A DNA stretch of 61,040 nucleotides, filler included, from Sphacelaria rigidula (lineage: Eukaryota): NCBI GenBank assembly GCA_964200075.2. It is 9 parts of 9 records of this genome, joined end to end, with 100 filler letters (N's around TTAATTAATTAA, not from the genome) between each part and the next. Parts side by side here need not be neighbours in the genome. Positions count along the whole stretch, not along the records: positions 47,555 to 54,247 come from CAXNAA020018577.1; positions 54,348 to 61,040 come from CAXNAA020018578.1; 7 more parts are not named here. The stretch is one strand, 5' to 3'. Positions 50,451-61,040 of the stretch are shown piece after piece; position 1 is the stretch's first letter, and each line of letters starts with the position of its first letter. The translations under genes and the position numbers were made by a program. Below the pieces are notes generated by a model, which was not told where the DNA came from, searched no databases, and was given only the letters and a program-made list of their open reading frames with translations.

Positions 50451-50612
50451 GTCCGACGAGTGAAAATCTCCATCCTCAATTATGATGATCGGCTGTGAAA
50501 TGCCAGGGAGTGTTCGGCACATGATCGGAAAATATCGAGGCCGCCTCTGACCGCTCACCTGCACGGGGACTGAACCATATCTCGAAGAATATGTGTGGAT
50601 GCAAATACTTCA

Positions 50613-53373
50613 ATAGATCACTCTGCTTCGCATCGCGCTCCCAATTTTCCTATCCTTTCTAACATTGGAATGTAATGGAAGAGGGACAGGAGAGATAGAC
50701 GCCTTCAATGAAGAACGATGGGACTCGCTTTCTTTGGCGGCATCTGAGCCGCCGGCGTGAAGGAGAGAGAGTGCTAGAGCTGTGAGGACCACTTTTAACC
50801 CTCAGACCGCGAAGCGGGTAGTCCATCTGGATCACGCATTCTTTTTTCAAGTGAAAATTGATGCCGATTTAACAGGTCACCCCCCGTCGCGGAGCTTGCG
50901 TGCACGACCCGCCGCAAGAGCGACCGCGTTGCGCGCTTTCCTCTGCAGATTGGCGTCACGACAGGACTCATGCTTGGATTCTGATGCGGATCGAGCTTCA
51001 GCATGACGCGCGTCGGATCCACCTCTTGCCTTCATGTCGAGGTCACGTTGGGCTTGAGCTTGGGCGAGACTTGCTGATAGTCTCGCAGCCCGCTGTTGCT
51101 CCAAGGCTTGAAGCCTTTCTAGCCTGTCCTCGTTCAAGGCACCGTTCTTTGTTGGGAGGTAGAGATGGGTTCGGTTCGGGCGGGTGCCTCTTTTTTGGTT
51201 GCATCTCAGCCTCCGGCGTCAAGAGTAAAAACAGGAGATAGAGTGCCAGAGCTGTTATATACATAGAAGCAGTCTGCAACCCCACGTTTACGGTTCCTAT
51301 TTGACATGCACGCGACCGCCTCGCCCGCCTTTCATGCAATACTGGACGGTTGTCCGCCAAACAAAGTCTGTCTTGTGTAGATGATGAGCTCAGCTTGAAC
51401 AATGCTCTTGAGTGGTGGGTGTCTATGCGTCGGTTCCGGGCTCGTTGTGTCGGCTCTGTGCCATGTCGTTGCGTCTTCTCCGCTGCACTACAGTGACATT
51501 TGACTAACGCTTACGTCCGACTGCAGAATTTTATAATTGTGCGCAGATCTGGGCTTCAATCTCAACATAACTGCTTGTCGATGAAACTTATCACTGGTCG
51601 TTGTGGTGGCATAACTTCTCCGCAAGTGATTTCTTTAAAAGTGATGGGGGCACTTTTCATACGACCCTTGTCACTTCCACCGCACGTTGGGCTTGAGCTT
51701 GGGCGAGGCTAGCTGATAGTCTCGCAGCCCTCTGTTGCTTCAAGGCTTGAAGCCTTTCTAGCCTGTCCTCGTGCATGCCATGGCGCCCTATTCGTTGGGT
51801 GACAAAAATGAGTTCTGTTCGGGCGGCCGCCCCTTCCTTGGCGTCATCTCAGGCTACGGCGTAAAGGGTAATAACATGAGAGAGTGCTAGAGTTGTTGTA
51901 TACCTAAATAGTCAGCAACACTACGTTTTCGGATGCTATTTGAAACGCACGCCACCGTCTTGAATGAAATACTAAACGGTGTTCCGTCAAACAAAGGCTT
52001 TCTTGTGTAGAAGACGAGCTAGCGCTTGAAAAATGCGCGTGGGATGTGGGCGTCTATGTGTCGGTTTTCGTGGCTCGACTGCTGCCGAGATAGCCCCCCC
52101 CCGAACCGGCCAAAAACGTGCACGGAGGCAATGAGCATAAATGCCGTCAGAGTTGGTATTGTGCTGCACGACGCGGCTCATTTTGGCGTTATAGCTTATT
52201 TTGGACTGCTACACGCCTCTAATGTGGGTGGAATATCTACAAACGAGCCCAATAGTGGGATCGCAGCCGGTTCGTCGGACGGTTTCCGGTGCACTTTTCG
52301 TGGGGGGGCTATCTCGGCATCAGTCGCTCGATGTATCGGCGCTGTGCTACCTCGTTGATCTTGTCCGCAGCACGCAGCACTACAGAGTTACGCTACTTCC
52401 AGAACTACCGCAATTTTTACCTGTGCGCAGATCTGTGCCTCGATCTAGGCATAACTTCTTGTTGATGAGACTCATCACTAGTCGTTATGGTGGCATCACT
52501 TCCCGACCGGAGACGTGTTCACTCAACCGGAGACCCTACTCCCCGACGCAAGACAGCAAAATGAGTGTATACAGCAGCGTTTCCAGCAACATGATCCGAC
52601 TTATAGTACGGACGCGAGACAAATCATTTTTAACCAGCCCCACCGATCGTCTTCGAGGCCCCGTCCCAAAAGGGTCGGCACATACTTTTTCCAACTAAAA
52701 TGGATGCCGATTCAGCACGTGACCCATCATCGCGGTGAAAGGGTGTGTACAAACAGAAATATGGGGGGTGGGGGTACGCGGGGAAAATGTAACGGGTGGG
52801 GGGGTGTGGTGTGCAAGGGGTTAAACGTACATATTCTGAAAAAAAGATTGTTGTGAAAGGTTCCGCATACTGCAGAACTGTTATATATCTTGTGTTCAGT
52901 GTACTACTCTGCACTTCATATACCACTGCAGAGTTGTCTTGTGCTGAGTGTACATGATCCGACTGTGTAGTACGGACGCGAGATAAATCATTTTCAACCA
53001 GCCCCATTGATCGTCTTCGAGGCCCCGTCCCAAAGGGTCAGCACATACTTTTTCACATGCGCCTGAAATGTTCGGCCTTCATCATTCTATGATCTATCAA
53101 CTTCGAGAGTCTCTCGATGATGAACATCTCGAACGCATGTACAACCCCCTTCGCATGACTCTGAACGTCTATTTCAAAAATGATTGACGGGAGTGGTATA
53201 TATAGATCGCTCTGCTTCGCGTTGCGATTCCAATTTTCCTATCCTTTCTAACATTGGAAATGTAATGGGAAAGGGACAGAAGAGACAGACGCCTTCAATG
53301 AAGAGCGATGGAACTCGCCTTCTTTGGCGGCATTTGAGCCGCCGACGTGAAGGAGAGAGAGTGCTAGAGCTGT
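50613..53373. repeat. Mosaic of diverged duplications
   Basis: 50613-50783 ~ 53203-53373; 51044-51620 ~ 51683-52510; 52593-52690 ~ 52955-53052. Confidence 0.8.
52077..52325. mobile_element. 249-bp MITE with 4-bp TSD (GCTC), Sola-like
   Basis: GCTC|GACTG(C/A)TGCCGAGATAGCCCCCC...GGGGGGCTATCTCGGCATCAGTC|GCTC; empty site in the paralogous copy at about 51430-51460. Confidence 0.85.
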
Positions 53374-54035
53374 CAGGGCTCTTTTGAACGAAGGGGATTC
53401 CCCTTTTTCACAATTTACTTTAACCCTTAGACAGCGACCCCCCCGCTGGTAGACTGAGGTAGACACTACTACACTTTTTTGGGTGCAGAGCCATTCCTTT
53501 GTCACAACTCAATACGCCTACTCTACGGCGGAAGGGACCGGGAGTGTGTAAGAGGTACATAGTTGCGTCATAACACAGACGGTGGTGTGCTTGTCGACCA
53601 CCTGGTTATCACGCCTCATATTTTTGCTGTGCTGTCTGTAGTGTATCGTGCCGCGGCTGCACGTGCGGCCTGTGGCGTAGTAGATCTTCCAGTGTTGAAC
53701 GTGCCGAGTATACGCAGCATGCGTTTGGATATCGCACCACGACTACCGCCGCGAACGCCCCTGACTACCGTAGAGCAATTGCTCGGCGATGGCGGTCGCC
53801 TCACCGTCGAAGTACTTGTCTACATCTACGTGCGTCGGAGACTCGTGGCCGCCGCTCGCATGTCGCGCCATGACGTTTGATACCAGATGGAGGTGTGGAG
53901 CTAGTACGACGCTCAGGCAGTACTGAACAGACAGACATGCACAGTCCACCGAAGATGCTCAAACACCTGCGTGTTGAGTATATGATCTATGGTTGATTAG
54001 GAATGATCAAAATGGGTTTTGAGGTTGTATTTTAA

Positions 54036-54133
54036 TCCTTAGACCGCGAGATTAGTCTTTATGGATCATGCATACTTTTCTTCACTTGAAATTGATACCG
54101 ATTCAACAGAAGACTAACCTCGCGGTCTAAGGG
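54036..54133. mobile_element. 98-bp piggyBac-like MITE
   Basis: TTAA|(T)CCTTAGACCGCGAG(A)TTAGTCTT...AAGACTAACCTCGCGGTCTAAGGG|TTAA. Confidence 0.85.
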
Positions 54134-54199
54134 TTAACGAAACAAGGAGAATGAAAATCTTTTCGTGATAGTGATAGTGAAGTGACTGTTCACAACTTC

Positions 54200-54247
54200 A
54201 TTATTATTATTAATATCATCTTTATTATTATTATTATTATTATTATT
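54200..54247. repeat. (TTA)n microsatellite at contig end
   Basis: Imperfect TTA run. Confidence 0.8.
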
Positions 54248-54347
54248 NNNNNNNNNNNNNNNNNNNNNNNNNNNNNNNNNNNNNNNNNNNNTTAATTAAT
54301 TAANNNNNNNNNNNNNNNNNNNNNNNNNNNNNNNNNNNNNNNNNNNN
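54248..54347. other. Artificial contig linker
   Basis: Same 100-bp block. Confidence 0.97.
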
Positions 54348-54542
54348 TGGTCTGATGACTATGGCAAGCATGATCATGAGTACATCCCCCCCCCCCTTCC
54401 TACGGCATACGAGATCATGAGTTCACCTCCCTCCCACCCCCCCCGCGGTTAGGCGTAGGAACGGTGCTCTGTCTCAAAGGGGGTGCATAGTGAAAGGTTA
54501 AGTGGCGAAGGCAAGCAACGCATGAGTATCCCCCCCACCCCC
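54348..54542 (+). mobile_element. Three stacked non-LTR 3' ends (B, B, A), each with a C-rich tail
   Basis: ATCATGAGTACAT-C run; ATCATGAGTTCAC-C-rich; ACGGTGCTCTGTCTC...CATGAGTAT-C run. Confidence 0.75.
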
Positions 54543-56831
54543 AATTGTAAGGATAAGGTGTAATTTCGTAGCTTAACTGGTGAGAAACCAGCCCCTGATT
54601 ATCAGTGGGGGTGAAGTCTCTCAGACGAAGGCTGTCGATGAAAGGCACGTTAGAGTTCTATGCAATTTCACCTGTAGCACTATTATAAATGATACTCTCT
54701 GTATTATTATTTTTTTGTGGTGTTGCGGTGTTCGTACGATATCTTGCACAAAAGAGGTCGCCCGCACCAAATCACATGGTGTAACAATCACCCTCACACA
54801 CACACACACATACACATACACACGCGCGCGCGCGCACACAAAACCATGTACAACAATAGCATACGGACTCGTTTCTTTCTTTCTTTCCTGTTCCGCGACA
54901 GAGTTGTTGGTCGAGCTTTTACGATGCCGTGCGTGTTGGAACACATCAGCACGTAGTGTGTGGATGTTTTTTTTCACGTAGTGAGATATCGCGACATGAA
55001 AAAATATCCCCATCAAACATGTGACGATGGTCGGTGAATGAAGAAGCATAAAACAATGATCGCGGAAGTTATTATTTTTATTCATATTTGGTGGGTCGTT
55101 TGATGTGTACACAAGCTGCAGACACGAAGGGCTACGCAGGTGAAGAACGTTCCAAGACGTGGATATAGGGCTGAAAAGATGATAACTCGCCAGTTCATTT
55201 GCACCATTTCTATACAAGTCAGGCGTTATTAACCGTCTTCGGGCCCTCGACCTGCTACGTCTCCTGACTGTCTCGTCAAGGATTACGATATTGTAGACGA
55301 AGGCCACAACGAGATGATAGGGCGCTAAAACGAAATTCGCGCATTTACTTTCTCTCGACGAAATCGCAGCAGTCTACCATGGTCAAGCAGCCAAGTCAGG
55401 GGTTTGTCGAAGTCTAGCTTATGTGTACAGGCTGGTTCGGGGCTAACGAGTCGAATATACTCCCCTGCGATTGCACACGTTTGTTTTGTAGTTAGACCCT
55501 GAAGTTTTGCCTACGGGTGCTCTGAAATATCCAGAAGGGCTGTACGAATGGAGCCTCTCGATTTTTTTTGTTTTTCCCCAGATATCCGGGGTCCCAGGAG
55601 GGCGGGTCTGACCCCCCCCCCCCCCCTCCTGGCACCCTGGATAACTGGCGTGCGTTGAAGTATACAGGTGTGCGCGGAACCCTAATTACTTGATTATAGT
55701 ATGATTTCGACCTTTTCCTTGTGCGCTTGAGCTTAAATCGACGTCTTGAGATCATCCTCTCGAGTTACGCAACGAACTTTGTACAAACGTTCCTCGGACT
55801 ACCTCGGAAGTAGTCACATTTGAATATTTAATTTTGAAGCAATCTGTACCGACCTTCTGCGGGTCTTAACGCTGGGACCCCCGGAGGCCGGTAGATAGCG
55901 GATAGACTTGGAAATACTCTTGATTTTTTTGTTCCATTCGTAGCACCCACGTCTACCAAACTGACAAGATGGAGGGTGATCGGAACTTTTATACGCAAGT
56001 TACACGGGAAATCGTCAAGATGTCTTCTGGGTCTTCGATGCATACTACGGACGACGCCAAAACCGCACATGACCGTACCACGTTTTGGGGTATAATTCGA
56101 TCATATGCAAACCGTTTTCAAATCTGTTTTTTGCGGCAGATTCCGTAGCTGATGGCGGTTACTGAGGTTCGATCCGTGATGAAATTGGGTACAACTTGCG
56201 AATGCAAATATCATTTTTTTAATTCCGAACAATAAGAATGCCGCTGGTTGGCCTAGACGTTTTTTCACTTATAGCGTCACGGTCAAAGGATGTGAGGAGA
56301 AATCTGACCATGTCACACTGTTTGCTTACTCGTGGGGATGCCTATGATGCTAAGTGTATTTTGTTGAGTCAGTTTTGCGTTCTGCATCTATTACAGTGGG
56401 GAATAAATTTTGGGCACTCACCCTGAACCAGCCTTCATATGCAACGCTTGTGGTGAGCAGGATAGCTATCCCCTCCTCGTTCGCTGTCGTTTCCCGCGAG
56501 CAGTGCCGTTGATGCTTACAGCAGCGGACATACGTACGTGATTTGGTTGCAGAGCAACCATGTACTGGTGTTGTGCAAACATTGCCACAAGACGGCACGA
56601 GGTATGTGTGAGGCAATGGCCTAGCGGAACCGAACCTCTTGGTTTACACGGAGGCGTTGTCTCCTCCGCCCGAATAATGATTCCGAACTCCCTGCGAAGG
56701 GAAGAAAACGCAGCCTGCTGGCGCGTGGACGCTAAGGGGGTTGTACCTCTTTGTGGTATACTTTTGTATACCTTGAATAAAAAGAGCATATATTTGGTCT
56801 CAGTCTGTCTAACATGGTACTCCCCGCCTGA

Positions 56832-59726
<2,895 letters not shown>

Positions 59727-60969
59727 GTGCGCAATTTGTGTGTTTGGGCGTTTAGTCTCTCTGATGATTTTCACATCTCCCGCTATTTTTTTTGTTTTTT
59801 GTTTTTTGTTTTTTTACTTGTGTCCGACCTCGGGTCGACAGTTGTATCTGCATATATATATATATATATATATATATGGGAGAGATGGCTTGATCCTTTG
59901 TGCCCCGAGGAGGGGGGACGGTGTTGAAATTGTGACGAAAAAACTTGGATACACCTGTAGGTGTGGTTTTTGTCTTTGCCCGCTTTGTTCACTTGACATG
60001 TACAGCAGCATGACGAGCAGCTGCGTGTTTGGTTCTGAGAAAATGGACGTTGACCTCTCTTGATGTTTCTGTGCAGCAATTCGTACTAAACAATCTGCTG
60101 GTGCGGTTGGGGGAAGGGGGAGGCTTGATTCCACAAGTAGATTCGTTCGGCGAATGCGTTCGCGTTTTTCGTTTTTTTCCAGCGAAGCTCAAGAGAGAAA
60201 GCAGTAGGCGGCTGTTTCGCGTATTTTTTTCGCTCAAGTGTTGGGCATTCGTTTGCTGTTACACGTTTCGAATATCACCTCATTCCATCCTCTCTTTTTT
60301 GTTCCTTCTCTCCGCGTGGTTTTTCGTTCATCTGCTGTGTACATCCGATGCTCCTCAGTCGGGGGTCTTGTAGCGATAACCAGTGACGGACGCGTGCGGT
60401 ATATATCATGTGGCGACTTTTTAAGTAGTGTTCGCTGCGTGTGGTCCACTCGAGAGACGGGCACTCACTCCGTAGTCGGTTGGAGGCCGACCCTCAATCG
60501 TGTGGGCCTGAGATCATATTTCGGAATAATTATCGCCGACTGACCTCTGCGGCAGTCGATGCCGACGTTAAGGCTGATCAGATGATGACACAATTGCATA
60601 TTTCGAAGTCCCCATGCCGTCCGTGACTACGTCATGCTGTTCAATCGAAATAGTTCATCCTTACACAGTTTTTTCGGTGGTCATGTTAGGGTAAATTTTG
60701 GTTAGGTGTCGCGCCCGAGGGGTATGACCCTCTTGACTGCGAAGCTCAAACCAACATAATGGAGCCATACGGTGGACCCTTGCTTTGAGACACACTGTTG
60801 TTTTCTGCTTTTACCAATTTAATATGGAAGGGCCTAAGGGAGTATTCCTGTGCCCGCCCGTCGGCGCCCAGCGCGCCGTTAGAGCTCGTGGAGATAGTAC
60901 ACGAGTCTCATCCTGAAGACACGCCAGATTGGCGATTAGGTGCCCTCGACGCCGTGTTTTAGGACTGAT

Positions 60970-61040
60970 GGGTGTACTCATGATCATGCATGCCATAGTC
61001 ATAACACCGTTGACCTCGCATCCCTACAAAGCCGGGACGG
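60970..61040 (-). mobile_element. Family B 3' end, cut at the window end
   Basis: GGATGCGAGGTCAACGG...CATGATCATGAGTACACCC. Confidence 0.75.

Overview
This is not one continuous locus. It is nine unrelated eukaryotic contigs of 6694 or 6693 bp (1-6694, 6795-13488, 13589-20282, 20383-27075, 27176-33868, 33969-40661, 40762-47454, 47555-54247, 54348-61040), joined by eight artificial 100-bp linkers (N44-TTAATTAATTAA-N44). The DNA is repeat-rich, with short exons in long GT-AG introns; a stramenopile, probably a brown alga, is my inference. Mobile elements dominate: a decayed RTEX-like LINE, Ty3/gypsy and Ty1/copia elements that both lack the RT core, tRNA-headed SINEs, and many MITEs (piggyBac-, Tc1/mariner-, Ginger- and Sola-like ends). 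Host exons include a DoxX-like membrane protein, a CaMKK-like kinase, a dynein-like P-loop exon and a 2.4-kb disordered exon. Three observations stand out. (1) A spliced, phase-consistent gene encodes a ParB-like protein (DGNHR N-domain plus an HTH-like segment) head-to-head with a Cys-rich, Sola-transposase-like exon. (2) A LINE and a partner element end in oligo(C) instead of poly(A) and stack head-to-tail in each other's C tracts. (3) A palindrome array shows a 12-bp spacer flipped in one unit. All family assignments come from reading motifs by eye; no searches were run.
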